Part shown: positions 49,913-64,000 of the stretch, one piece after another | How the letters are laid out: each line of letters begins with the position of its first letter | Position numbering within the stretch: the first letter of the stretch is position 1 | Assembly (NCBI GenBank): GCA_964016885.1 | Contig: OZ024741.1 | Location: forward strand, 141,050,001 to 141,114,000 | Reading direction: 5' to 3' | Length of the DNA stretch: 64,000 bases | DNA from: Eledone cirrhosa | Lineage: Eukaryota | Translations under genes and position numbers: made by a program | The notes under the pieces: generated by a model | The model's database searches: none | What the model was told of the DNA's origin: nothing | The model's input: the letters and a program-made list of their open reading frames with translations, nothing else

Positions 49913-51469
49913 GGTGGATTGTGTTGAGTTAGAAGACAAGAGAATTCGACAAATGAGAGAGGAATTAATTTCCAAATGCCCCCTGAGGTTTTAAATAATT
50001 ATAACTTTGAAATTTACCTTAAGTCAGTGTATTGCTGGCTAGAGCGATTTTAAAAAGAATGTCTTGCTCAAGTACACAATGTGCAGTCGGGAATCTAAAT
50101 GACGAACCTACTATTGTGTGTCTAATTGTGAGGAAGTATAAATGGTATTTATATAGCTCCTTACATGTGCTATATAAATATCAATTGTACTTCGATTTTT
50201 TTCTTGCACTCGATCCGAAGGAACGTGATTTCTAGTCTATGATTAGTGTAGTGATGGCATGGATATGGAATATTGTTGTTGCCGAAAAACAGTTAAAATA
50301 GCCAGCATAAACTAGTATTAATATAATGGTGTTAGTAGTAGTAGCAGCAGCAAATGCATTATGGCCATGAGCAAGACACTTTATTTGCCATTGTTTCACA
50401 CAGTTTGAATATTCCCGAAGCCTGCGTTAATGGTACACATATTTCTAGAATGCTCAACCACATTCAGTCTAATTTCAAGAATGGCCCATTCGTTTATTCG
50501 AAGAAATAGAACACTGGTTGGCGGAACGGAGGCAGGGACAACACACAGACACACATAAAAACATAACCTTGGAATCAATGATTGTATGTCATAGCTTCAT
50601 CACCCTTCGTCATGCATCAACTCAATCACGACTCAACAACAATACCAGACGGTCGTCCATTCCAATATCAAGTAGAAATCCTCGTATGAAGATTATATTG
50701 AACTGTATGGGTTCGATTAAAGCGAGTAAAGCAGATAGTTACATTGCAACAGATTTAATGAGTGCTCTTCTAATCCAACACCAAGAATGTTGCTAATGGA
50801 TTGAATATAAAATTATGATAAAATAAGCGTGTGTGTAATTTGACTCAGGACATTGACGTTTGTGGATTGCTTTGAATCTCGATTTAAATTACCCCACCCC
50901 ACCCCCACTCTCCATACGCAAACACACAAACAGCAAGTGAAATCGGAATCCACTTGATATGCCCAGGATATTTATTTAAGTACGTAGCTCATTATCTATG
51001 CAACTGGAGAAAACAACTATATTTATTCTAGAAAATCTGGCATTACTCAGAACTCAAATTGCATAAATAAGGTACTACTTTTCTGTGGATTTAATTACGT
51101 TAATTAATAAACGCCATGTTACATAATTCCTAATAGTTAAAAGATACGTCATTGCATAGAATAGAACTATATTTTCTATTCAGCGGGGATAGTCTATTAC
51201 TGAAGATATCCTAATAATATTTTAGATTAATACACAAACAGCGCAACTAACGGAGCCCGTGAGCTAATTTTTACTTCCTTTTGATGCATTTAACTTCTCT
51301 CTGATAATATACTGAGGATATGAATTAACAAAATACTTCGTTTTCACACAGTTGAATACAAGGTAATCATTTTAACAAATTACTTTACTTCCTTTGTGAT
51401 TTATTTTAAGCCTGGAGAAACTCTTGTGACGCACAAACAAACGAACACACACACACACACGAATATATA

Positions 51470-51553
<84 letters not shown>

Positions 51554-51587
51554 ACTGAATATAAAAGAAAAACGAACACAGACATAT

Positions 51588-52093
51588 ACATATATGTGTT
51601 CAAATCGTAAGGGACCAGATTCGCTGAGGTGAAAAGAATACTAACTATAGACAATAGGGTTTGCCAGACTCAATTTAAGAATACATCAATAAAGTAAATA
51701 CAAACCGGAATTGTGGTATCTACCAATCACCCGGACAGCTTTGAGTAAACAGTCGAGTAAATCTGGCTGCTATTTTTAGTGTTGTGAGTTTGTGAGACAC
51801 GCTAAGTTCAGATACTATGTGCGTTATTATATATACGCACACTATTCAGTTTTTTAATATACTTAGAAGTGACCAGGATACTAATAATTCTTCACCCGCT
51901 GATGAGCAAGAATTGGTATTCCTCTTCACAATAAATTTTGCGAAATACATTATCAAAGCTGTTCGAGTGAATTCCTGTTTGTATTTACTTTCTTGAATTA
52001 TTCTTAAATTGAGTCTGGCAAACCCTATTGTCTATAGTTAGTATTCCTTTCACCTTAGCGAATCTGGTCCCTTACGATTTGAACACATATATG
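51588..52093 (+). mobile_element. Non-coding foldback element, ~130-150-bp inverted arms, TA-rich flanks
   Basis: CATATATGTGTTCAAATCGTAAGGGACCAGATTCGCT.. is inverted at the right end. Confidence 0.88.
51891..51971 (+). ncRNA. Type I hammerhead motif with long stem II
   Basis: UUCACCCG-CUGAUGA-GCAAGAAUU..AAAUUUUGC-GAAA-..-GUU-CGAGUGAA; the inverted arm keeps the better version CAAAGCUGUC-CGGGUGA; stem III weak. Confidence 0.7.
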
Positions 52094-54574
52094 TTATATG
52101 TGTTATGTGTTATATATGTTATATGTATATGTTATATACAGTTATAATATACGGCTCGGAAAAATCTCTTTCCTAGAGCTATTTTATTGTAAGAGACTAT
52201 TTTGAGTTTCTAACTCAATATAGACGTTTTATATATATATATATATATATACATGTATACCATTGAGGGAGCTTTAACAACTACTAGGTGAAGCCTATTT
52301 GTTTTAGTTTCGATGAAACATAGGTCTTCAAACTTGAATAGTGTTTTTCCTGAATTGTTCGTCGTTAGATTTTATGAATGCCAAATAATATTGTTGCATA
52401 TCCTTAACAAGTTCAGGGAGATTTTATGTATGCTTAAAGAAGGATGCATGAATATCGTATCATAAAACGATACTTAAATATCGGCTAAGTTTCATACCAC
52501 ACATATTTCTTTCTCTATAAGGTCAGAGGTATAAATGCCATAGAACAGGAGTGTCCGGTGTCGACGTATAATTTGTGTGACAAGGAAATATCATGGTCTG
52601 ATACTATACGTTCAATATGTTGTAACACGATCGCTAAACAAACTTATATATTTATTTTTGGTCTTTGAAATGTGACACTGCCAGGGCACTCCTAGCTTAT
52701 TGAACGTCAGTTAGTAATTTTTCTTTTGTTTGTGTAGAATTTAACAAACACGTTTTTCGATGAACAGAATAACTGTTTGGATGAACAGAATAACTAACAA
52801 AATTGTACTTCGTATCAATTTTTCACTACATTTCCCTTAGAGAAAATGTACTGTCGTGTTTGTTCTTGAAACACGCGTGGTAATAATTGTTTGGTAAAGG
52901 TTGTACAAGGCAAATTAAAAACACAAGAGTGAAAACTTTGAGTAAATCTGAAAAGAGTTTATAGATTTCAACGTAAGGACCTATTTTTGAATCGGAAGTA
53001 AAATAGAATGTGGTCTTGGCGACGAGAAACATATTAACCTTACTACGAAAATGTGATTTTTCTTTATCATTTTGGAATGATAACTATAGCTTTTTATCAT
53101 GTTTGATGCAAAACAGAATTCTAGCGCAAATAATAATGTTTAGAATTCAAAAAATATTAAATACCTCACACTGAATTGCTACCTATGCAAAGATTTAACC
53201 TTAATGCTTTACTTTGTAACACTTTTGTTACTGTATTTCTAATTACAGACACGGGATATTTGCCCTAATTCATTTTGAAAATGATAAAAGTGTGGTTGGA
53301 TTTAATGAAATAACTTTTCCATTAGTAAGCTTATTACTTAACAGAAATATTTTAAATGTTATGGTGGAATGTTATAGTATAAATATGAACACTTTAAAAT
53401 GAGCAGTTACGTATGAAAAGAAAACAGCAGTTCCACGCGGGTTAGTACTAAAATGGTTTAAAGAATCTGTTTTAGCACATATGGAAACTAACATTGTTAA
53501 CATTGATCATAATGCGGTTGGTGAAAGAAAGAGCAAACATCGATTGTCAGTTGTAATAATATTCATATTTCTATAACTGCTTAATTGATTTGACCTTTCA
53601 GAGAACTGACTTGAATTCATTTCTCTCCATATCGCTACGTAGATCAGCCTTTTAGTAATTAAAGAGATTCCTCAAATAATAACTGTCTGGATAACAGCCA
53701 AACTGTTTTTTTCACTCACTATATTAACAAGTAGTGTAAATCAATGTAATTCAGTACTTTACCATTTCTCACTTTCCTCCTCTTCCACGAAAGTGAAAAT
53801 GAACATTAGTTATGTTTACCATAACCACAAACCGCATATGTCGTCTACTTTACCCATTTATTCCTGGGAGGGTATGAGGGCAAATCCTCAAACACGCCTA
53901 CCAGCGGGTTGAATCCCCGAGCAAGACTCAGCAGAACTCGTGCATTTTATCCAACCAAATTGCTCTGAGTCCACCCATACGTCTCCTGTCGGATGGTTTT
54001 CCCCGTAAAATCTGTCCAGCGATTTTTTTCCAGAGTCATTTTAACCACATGTCCATAATATCGAAGGTGTGATCTCTCAATTCGTAGTTGGTTAAATCGA
54101 CTGCAAATTTTAACTAGAATGTATTTACATTCTGAAAGCACAATATTGTAAATCAATGTAATATAATACTCAGCAATTTGCTAGCATCCTACTATTTCTG
54201 AGAAAGTAAAAGATATTCCTTTTTACATAACCACGAACCACACGCGAGAGATAATGTGTGTAGTTGAGTAAATCGAGAGTAAAACTGAACTAGGATTACG
54301 AAAGACAAAGTTGGATACAGGCTTCTAGACATCTATCTTTTTCACACATGCATACATAGATAGCATGTTAGGGGTACTTTCTCATATTGACACAAGGCCA
54401 GTAATTGTTTTTTGTTTTGTTTTTACATATTCTCACAAGAATATAAGACACTGGTATTATATATCCACCTCAGGTTTGTATAAATAGCTAAATAAAGAAA
54501 TAACTGATCAAATTTAATGGCGGAGATGTTCAGTAGCAACTAACATTATTTATATCGTACCATTTATAATCCAA

Positions 54575-54760
54575 GGGCGTGGATTGGCAGTATCGGTAGA
54601 GGGTCGGACGCCATGCTTTGACGCATAGAGTTACGTCCCTTGCATTCTGGGTTCAAATCCCGCCGAGGTTAACTTTGCCTTTCATCCTTACGGGGTCGAT
54701 AAAATAAAGTACCAGTAATACAGTGGGTAATTGCTGGCCTTGTGTCAAAAGTAGAAACAA
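54575..54760 (+). mobile_element. Full-length SINE A with 17-bp target-site duplication
   Basis: ATTATTTATATCGTACC at 54545-54561 and 54760-54776; ~13 extra nt before the head. Confidence 0.93.
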
Positions 54761-55775
54761 TTATTTATATCGTACCGACCCATAACTTCCAAAGGAGTTG
54801 AAGGGGTACATACAATGTGTTTTGGTGGTTTTAAAGCTGGCGGGGTTAATTTAATCCCAATGTTTGAACACTTCCTATTTCGCCCAGAAAATGTTATAAA
54901 GAAAGATTGATACCAGCACAAGGAAGGACACCAAATTGACCTCGAACTCAGAGGTTAGGGGTACAAACTGAATACCCGAAAGAATCCTCTAATGAATTTA
55001 CCAATCCGTCAGCTTGGAAAATAATAATATATACGCCAAATACAGCATATTTAATACAGAACAATTTATGGTAACTAGCAATACTTTACAGCTAATATAA
55101 AATATTCATAAAAGAAAACATAATGCTATCACTAATATCTGGAATTTCTATGTCTGCTAGGCTAAGTGAACATAATTCGGTAATGCAAAGTGGAATGAAT
55201 CTCTACAACATAGTTTGAGTTATCCCGGCGTCAGTACTATTTTTCTGTGAACATTGCTGTTGAAGATGTCAAGCAATTTAACCGGTAGTAAAATATTTTC
55301 ATCTAGAGTCAAATAGAAATTGTTGTTCGGTCTCTGTTTCCCATATCAATAAATGTGACAAAATCGGATTAAAAGTACATTGCTTTGGCGACAGACGAAT
55401 AGATCTTTCAGGCAAAACTCTCACGTTTTCAAGTAAGAACTGTAAAAAAAAAAACTCTAAACATAAATGGCAATCGTATTTACTATAAAAATCCTAGCTA
55501 CACTACAAACATTTAAATGATGGCAAGAATTCGTTGTTGGCAGAATTTATTTGACTGACGACTATTTCCTTAAATTAAATAAGTTCGAATCACCACATTT
55601 TTAATGATAAAATCATAGGGGTCTACCTATTGTTTAAACTGTAGAATATGGAGACAGAGGTGTACTAACACTAATAGGTTGCATAGTTATATTTTATCCA
55701 ACATACTGCACAAAACCTTAGCCTAGAGCGAAACTAATGTTTTATATGCTATTAGTTTAACAAATAGGTCAGTGT

Positions 55776-55838
<63 letters not shown>
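55776..55838. repeat. (CTA)n microsatellite
   Basis: Direct read. Confidence 0.95.
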
Positions 55839-56099
55839 ATAATCATAAAGGTATGAGTTCGATTCCCCGTGGCATGTTATGCTCTTGAGAAAGGCAATTA
55901 TTTCACGTAGCTGCAGTCTACCAGGATGAGAAAATAAGAGTGCACCAGTTGGTGGAAAGGGCCAGCCTTGCTACCAATGTGTCATGCTAAATTTCAACGT
56001 GAACTACGTTAAGGCTACACGTCACAGCATGAGTAGGCTGTGCCGAAACTGATGCAGGTCCAAATATAGTTTTCAATGAAGGCACAAAGTGACAGATTG

Positions 56100-57480
56100 G
56101 AGTGATGTGTTAATTAAATTGAGCCCAGCACAAGATTAGATTTTTATTATATCTACCGTGGAAAGATGAAATACAATATTGATCTCGGTGGAATTTTAAC
56201 TAGATGGTATAGAGTCTAACTAAATACATCACGACATTTTTGTCAGATCCTCTACCAATTATCTAAAACCACCACCATTGCAATAATCATGTTTAATCTA
56301 AACACAAGACCAGTAACTTTAGGGGAACGAAAAAGTAGATTAAATGCCTGATTGTTTATTTTATCGTCCCCACAAAGATGAAAAAGTAAAATTGACCTCG
56401 GAGTGATTTGAATCCAGAATATTAAGATATCGAGAGTCGGACAAAACAGTTCAGTGTATTTGTTCAACGCTCTAATGAATATGCAAGTCTGCCACCTTAG
56501 TACCCCGTAGCTCAAGCCAACCAATTATTTTGTTTTGTTTTGTTTTTTGTAGTTGGGCTAAATCGTCGATGAAATTTCTAAATTTGAAACCATTATGTTA
56601 GAGAAACTTGATTTGTCTACCACAAAGTATCACAAGATTTAAGGTGGTTTAATGCATTCTGAACGTAAAGGTATTCGTACTACGTCTTATTTTATTCCAC
56701 CGGGGTATCTGAAATAAATTCTGCTAATATAGCTTGATAATTGAAATTCCTTTTATGCTTCTGAGACAGGTATTAGTTTTATGACTCAGCTGTAGGTATT
56801 TAGACGAATAGTAGATTAAATTGTAAGCTCTGAGAACTCGTTGATTCAGTCTGCTTACACTCTAATTCCACGTGGAAAAATGTAAGATGGTTACCCAAGA
56901 TACTCATATTTCTCCATAACTCTGCGGCTTTGCACCGGAGTGAAAAATATTAACATTCAGGGCATGATCTTTTTTTTATTATTTTCATATATTTGACTAG
57001 TCTAGATATTTATTTAGCATTTTTTAATGCCATTCTACCATCATTAAAAATAGCGAAGGTGTATGAATTATCATAATCGTTTGAACATCGGATAGAATGC
57101 TTTGCGATATTCATTCAGGTGTTTTTTTTGTTGATATTTGTTTATGTATGTTCTGAGGTCAAATCCCGCCGGGATCAACTTGGCCTTTCATCCTTTGCAA
57201 GTCAAATAAATAACAGTCGAGAATTCGCTCCCTCTCTCTCTGTAAAAGACATTAGACTTGTTCAAAGCTGAAGGAGAATGTGCTCCACCAGTTTTACATT
57301 TCCGATGCTCTAACGACTCTGCCAATACACCGGATTAACTATCCAGAGCAAAAGGCCAGCAATTTTGTTGGAGGTGGTGTAAATGTGTGGTAAAAAGTAA
57401 ATGTAATTGACTCCAGTAGACTGGTAATTTATTTTATTGATACCGGTAGGAAGAAACGCTTAAAGCTGGAATCATCAGAT
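56100..57480. mobile_element. Cluster of old diverged SINE A-related fragments
   Basis: Degenerate core motifs (AAGATGAAA..AAATTGACCTCGG..GATTTGAA; TCAAATCCCGCCGGGATCAACTTGGCCTTTCATCCTTT); similar remnant at ~46530-46690. Confidence 0.6.
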
Positions 57481-60400
57481 ACCATAGCGGTTTCTTTATT
57501 ACTCCACCAAAATCTAAATGCCTATGGAGGCAAAAATAAACACAAGCATTATATAATCAATTACAATCTACTAAATTATCAAAGCATTTCATAACAATTT
57601 CTCTTTATCATTTCACTTTATCGTTAAACAATATCTTGCATGCATGCTATGCATGGGCTCTTAACTCCTGGTCGTGACATACAACGTATTTTGGGGATTA
57701 ATAGGTGGAGCCCACCTCTCTAAAGAAAAGTGGTGGGGATTGAGAAAGAAATATAGTGGTAGAATTAACAACACTATTTATCTCGTACTTATTCACCGAC
57801 TTAGACATGTAAGTAGACATCTGCAAAATTTGACCTCCGAGTCTAGAGATCAGAAACGAATGTTACAAATCGTTTTATCTGATATTTTAACAATTCCACA
57901 ATTCTCTGCCTATGTAAAGTGTTTCTTACTGGAAATAAAAATATGTAATTCGACTCGAAAATAATACAGAGGCTTTTGAGTAAAACGTTAATAAAAACAA
58001 ATCACGTATTGTGAAGCTGTTAACGATTTACCATCAGAACATTGAAGAAGAGTTAATTGTTCGGAGCCTGTGATTCATAGGAAGACAGGTGTACGGATAT
58101 ATTTATGATAATATATCCATTAGAATATAATACTGGGGCTGTAGTCATAAGCGTTTATTGTTTGTTATCAGGAGAAGAAAACAATTTCAGGAAATTATAT
58201 ATATAAATACATTTATATATTCTTAAAGATACAAGTGCATATTCATATATATGTGTGTGTGAGTGAAATTGACAATTAGCCCCAGGTGTCAGATATTCAA
58301 AAACAACAATACTCGTGAAATATTCCGAAACCAAAATGGAACAACATAGAAGAAATCCCTTCAGTATTGTAAATATAATTCGTCAGTAACTGGTTATCAA
58401 TTGATGCGACTTAACAGACACATAAAAGGGAGAAAATTGTTCATATATTAACCCCTTTTATTCCAAACCTCATGGAATCTCCGTGAACTACGACCAAAAC
58501 ATGTTCCTTTTACAACGTTTATATTTATCTAAGAACTTTCGGGAATGTAAGAATATTTTATGTTCCAAACACCAGTATACTAATCAGAAAGACAGTTAGG
58601 TTAGTATATTCTTCTGTATTCTTGGTTATTTTAAAAAGAATATTCAAATACCATAGTGTCTTTCATTAAAAGATGTGGTAATGAGAAAATTAAGAATCAA
58701 AAAGTTTTTGTTTGTTCGTAAATGCCCATGCCCACGTTTGTAAACACACACACACACGCACACGCACACGCATGCGCGCATTCCCCCACATATAGACATA
58801 GATACATACAAGCGTGTATCTGTCTTAATGTGTTTTTACTCTCGTATAGCTTATATAATTTTTACGTTCCCACAAAATTTGTATGTGTAGTAACATGAGT
58901 ATAGGTGTCTGTAGAGACATGTTGAAAACTGATAAAACATGGTTCACACAACACAAAGTTACGATTGTGCTATACTTAACAAACTGCTGATGTGTCTGCT
59001 AAATGAACCGTGTGCCTATCTGTAAGTATGTATGCGTGTGTGTTTGTAAGTGTGTTTCATTAATCATCGATATGTATGTATGTGCGTATATACGTCTTAA
59101 TCTTCATTTTTCCTCGCTTAAGCTATCTAACGATAAGTTATGCAAAACCGTTACACACTTCCGCATCATGAATATATTTATATCTTTTACAACTGGGTTT
59201 GGTAGAGAAGGAGATTTGGCAGTCATTACAGTTTGGGGTTAAATGCCTCAGTATATATTCTGGCTTCGAGTTCAAAGCCTGCCGTGCTAAACGCTGTTGT
59301 ATTGGTGAAAGTGTTAAAGAGTCTGACAGGATGTTTTGCTCTACTGCTACGATAATATGCGTACTGAGTTCAAATCCCATATAGAGCCTGGCAGTATCAG
59401 CAATGTTTCCTTTATCTCGTATGACGATCGGCTCGTTTTTGCTTTGTGGTAGTCACTCTCACTGCTCAATCTTAACTTCTGGAAGAAAATATATTGTACC
59501 TATACATCAAATAGCCAGTCTGGTCTCGTCCCATGTCATGACGTGTCTTTTTGAGGATTGCAATAATATTACACGTTTGTGGAAAGACCAGCCCTTAATT
59601 TCCTGAGCGTTTCTTATCTCTACATTGAAAATAGAACGCTCATAAACGAGATCCACCATAAATTTTAATATTCATTTCAAAATGTACTTTCCTTTAGTCT
59701 GTAATTCCACATTAAGATTTCACTTTATAAAGGCATTAATGTACAGTTTGGTGTAAGTGTTTTACTTTTACTTACCTACTCGAGACGTAAATAACCCTTG
59801 GCAAAACCTGAAATCAGAAAATAAAGGAGCTTATCTAAAGTCATGTAATTTGTTGGTTTATGCCAATATATGATCAATATTAATTATATAATATTGACAT
59901 CTAAAATAATCACAAAGTAATTAGAAACGGTTTATAATCGATTAAATAGACAGCAGAGTTTGACAAGCAAATTAATTTATCGACTGAGGACAAATTGTAG
60001 AGAGGCACTTTATCTGGTTAGCTACCATTTGGTATTGTTAAACAGTAAATGCAGTCATCGCTGAGGTAAGAATTTCGCTTCGCAATAATGAAGTCATGTG
60101 ATAAAGTTCAGTGGTTGTCTTTACCAAGTCCTCATCTTTCAATCCACCATTATAAAAGTCAGATTTATTCAAGTTTAATACACTGAACAGTTTTAACAAA
60201 TAAACAGTAGTTTGGCTTTGCACGGGCCATATACACTTTAACTATATTTCATCATATACAAAAAATCACATCGAATCCCTCAGCCTCAATTCTTGGGAGA
60301 CTGTCCAGAAACGTAACGGCTTTGTGAGTTGCATTGTAGCATCTAACAAGCATTTACATGAACGTTCCCGAAATGGATATTGAGCTGATCAAACAACTGA

Positions 60401-60659
60401 CTGTTAATCGTCGAAACCGAGGGAGAACCTACTATCATTGTTTAAAAATCAAACATTTGGTAGATTCCATTCAAGTTAAAAGTCAAAGATCTCCATGAGT
60501 GGGTGTCTCATTTCAGAACTTTAGGAGGCGCACAAAATGATTTAGGTATGATGCATGTCATTCTTTATCTCAATAGCAATATCTCAATTATTTAGGTATA
60601 CAATTACAGTCACGAACGGACATACATATCAATAACTATCTATCAAACTAATCTCTCTA

Positions 60660-60856
60660 TATATATATATCTCTATCTCTTTCTCTCTTTCTCTATTTCT
60701 CTCTTTCTCTCTCTCTCTTTCTTTCTCTCTTTTTTCTATTTCTCTGTTTCTCTTTCTTTTTCTTTTTCTCTCTTTCTCTTTCTTTCTTTCGCTTGTTCTC
60801 TCTTTTTCTTTCTCTCTCTCTCTCTCTCCCTCTCTCTCCCTTTCTCTCTCTCTCTC
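60660..60856. repeat. (CT)/(CTTT) pyrimidine tract
   Basis: Direct read. Confidence 0.9.
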
Positions 60857-61449
60857 AATGTCTATATATATAATTGCAAGCTATATCATAGTTGTTCTCT
60901 CGGTAGAGCATATCAGTGGCACAAAAATATACACATCCAAACATATATATAATGTTATATGTGCATATGAAAATGCTGTGTGCATATTTCCAGACAAGAC
61001 AACGCATTTTGGATTATCTCATAATATAATTTATAGAAAATCAGTAAGGATATTTCGATATTGACAAATAATTTATGACATTAGATATTGGACTGGTAAG
61101 AATTTTATAATTTCAGGTTTATTTAAATTTCCTATTTTATATCAAACTTCAATAGATATATATTTTTCAATTCTTAAATCGCTACAAATAATATCCAAGT
61201 ATATAGGCATACACAGTTATATATAGACATACATAAGTATATATATACAGGCACACACATACACATATATGCACAAAAATCGTCTCTCCAATTAATATCC
61301 AACAATATATGCATACATGTATACAGTCATACATAAGTATATCATGCAAAAATTTGAATATACAGACGCGTACATATATATGCACATAAATGGTCGTATG
61401 TTCAATATATGCATCTTAACATATGAAAATGGTGGTTAATTATTAATAA

Positions 61450-61795
61450 TAATTGCTTCTACTTTTTTGACACAAGGCCAGCAATTAGCCAGTACATTAA
61501 TGGTACTTTATTTTATCGACCCATAAGGATGAAAGGCAAAGTTAACCACAACGGGATTTGAACTCAGACCGTAAAGGGACGTAACTATGCTAGAAAGCAT
61601 TATTCATAATGAGAAGTTGAATTGGCAGTATCGGTAGAGGGTTGGACGCCATGCTTTCTAGCATAGTTACATCCCTTTACAGTCTGAGTTCAAGTCCCGC
61701 CGAGGTTAACTTTGCCTTTCATTCGATAAAATAAAGTGCCAGTAATGTACTGGGTTATTACTGGCCTTGTGCCTAAAGTAGAAACAATTATTATT
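61450..61795. mobile_element. Two SINE A copies head to head (61450-61600 minus; 61617-61795 plus)
   Basis: Plus copy is flanked by TAATGAGAAG at 61607-61616 and 61795-61804. Confidence 0.9.
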
Positions 61796-61858
61796 AATGA
61801 GAAGAATCAATATAAGAGATAGTTTTGTAAATATATATATGCATAATTAATTTAAATA

Positions 61859-61895
<37 letters not shown>

Positions 61896-62274
61896 GTGTG
61901 AGTATATATGTGTGTGTATGTATGAATGTGTGTAGGGGGGGGGGTGTATGTGTATATGTGTCTATGTACATATGTGTCAATGTGTATATGTATGTGTGTG
62001 TGTGTGTATGTATATATATGTGTGTTTGTGTGCATTTGAATTATTCCTCAGTTTTTTTGCGGCTCGCATAACGTAACCAAAATCGATAGTTGGTGATCGA
62101 TGATCGATTACTTAGATTGATTTTAAATTCTGGTACTTCGAATCATGAAATAGCGCTCGTAAGAATTTTATTTTTCCATCTAAAATACATATTTTTCATT
62201 GAAATATAAGCATTGAGCATCTATACAAGATACGATGTATTCTCATAAGATATATGGGCCCTCTCTCTATATAT

Positions 62275-62577
62275 ATGTAAAAAGCAATGGTAAAGATCCT
62301 CTTCGATCACGAATGACCATGGGATCTTCACCATAGGTCCCCACAAGGTTGTGGGAGACCAGCAGTCTCCCATACATACCAGTCACCCTACTCCACGCCA
62401 CCGATGTTGTCCAAGGGAAAGGCAGAGGGCGATACAGCTTGACTCCAGTGACGTCGCAACTCATTTCAAACTGCGTGAGATGGAGCCACTTGAAATAAAG
62501 TTTTGCAAAGCCCGGTCCGAGAATCGAACTCACAACCTCACGATTGAAATCCCGACGCTCTAACAATTAAGCCATGC
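62275..62577 (-). mobile_element. tRNA-derived SINE family B
   Basis: Minus strand: TGGCTTAATTGTTAGAGC (box A), GAGTTCGATTCTC (box B), ~300 bp, 3' CCCATGGTCATTCGTGATCGAAGAGGATCTTTACC. Confidence 0.8.
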
Positions 62578-62587
62578 TATTAATTTG

Positions 62588-64000
<1,413 letters not shown>

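Noticed and set aside
60020-60540. Possible decayed hAT transposase C-terminus (ELYHMTSLL..ILTSAMTA) or microexon before GAG/GTAAGA
   Set aside because: ERSFS motif and TIRs not found; too weak without a BLASTX search.

Overview
AT-rich, microsatellite-dense eukaryotic DNA with no recognisable host gene, rRNA, intact tRNA or CRISPR. The repeat repertoire looks like a coleoid cephalopod such as Octopus (inference). Most short ORFs in the track are microsatellite translations. Real coding content is decayed retroelements: five Penelope-like elements (PLEs; GIY-YIG, some with RT), two R4/Dong-type RT-RLE LINEs, one near full-length L1/Tx1-type LINE and RTE fragments, plus more than a dozen copies of one tRNA-derived SINE. 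Two systems stand out. (1) An (ATT)n-centred nest at 13.9-27.8 kb: SINE and Tx1-like LINE share a 3' end (CCTTGTG-N8-AGAAAY-N-ATTATT), SINE target duplications begin with ATTAT, and Dong elements sit antisense in the resulting tails. (2) A (TA)n-associated set of PLEs and small non-coding direct/inverted-repeat elements carrying about a dozen type I hammerhead ribozyme motifs, several with intact cores. Related elements carry a candidate kink-turn or a tRNA-like unit instead. All RNA folds were done by eye and element boundaries are approximate.
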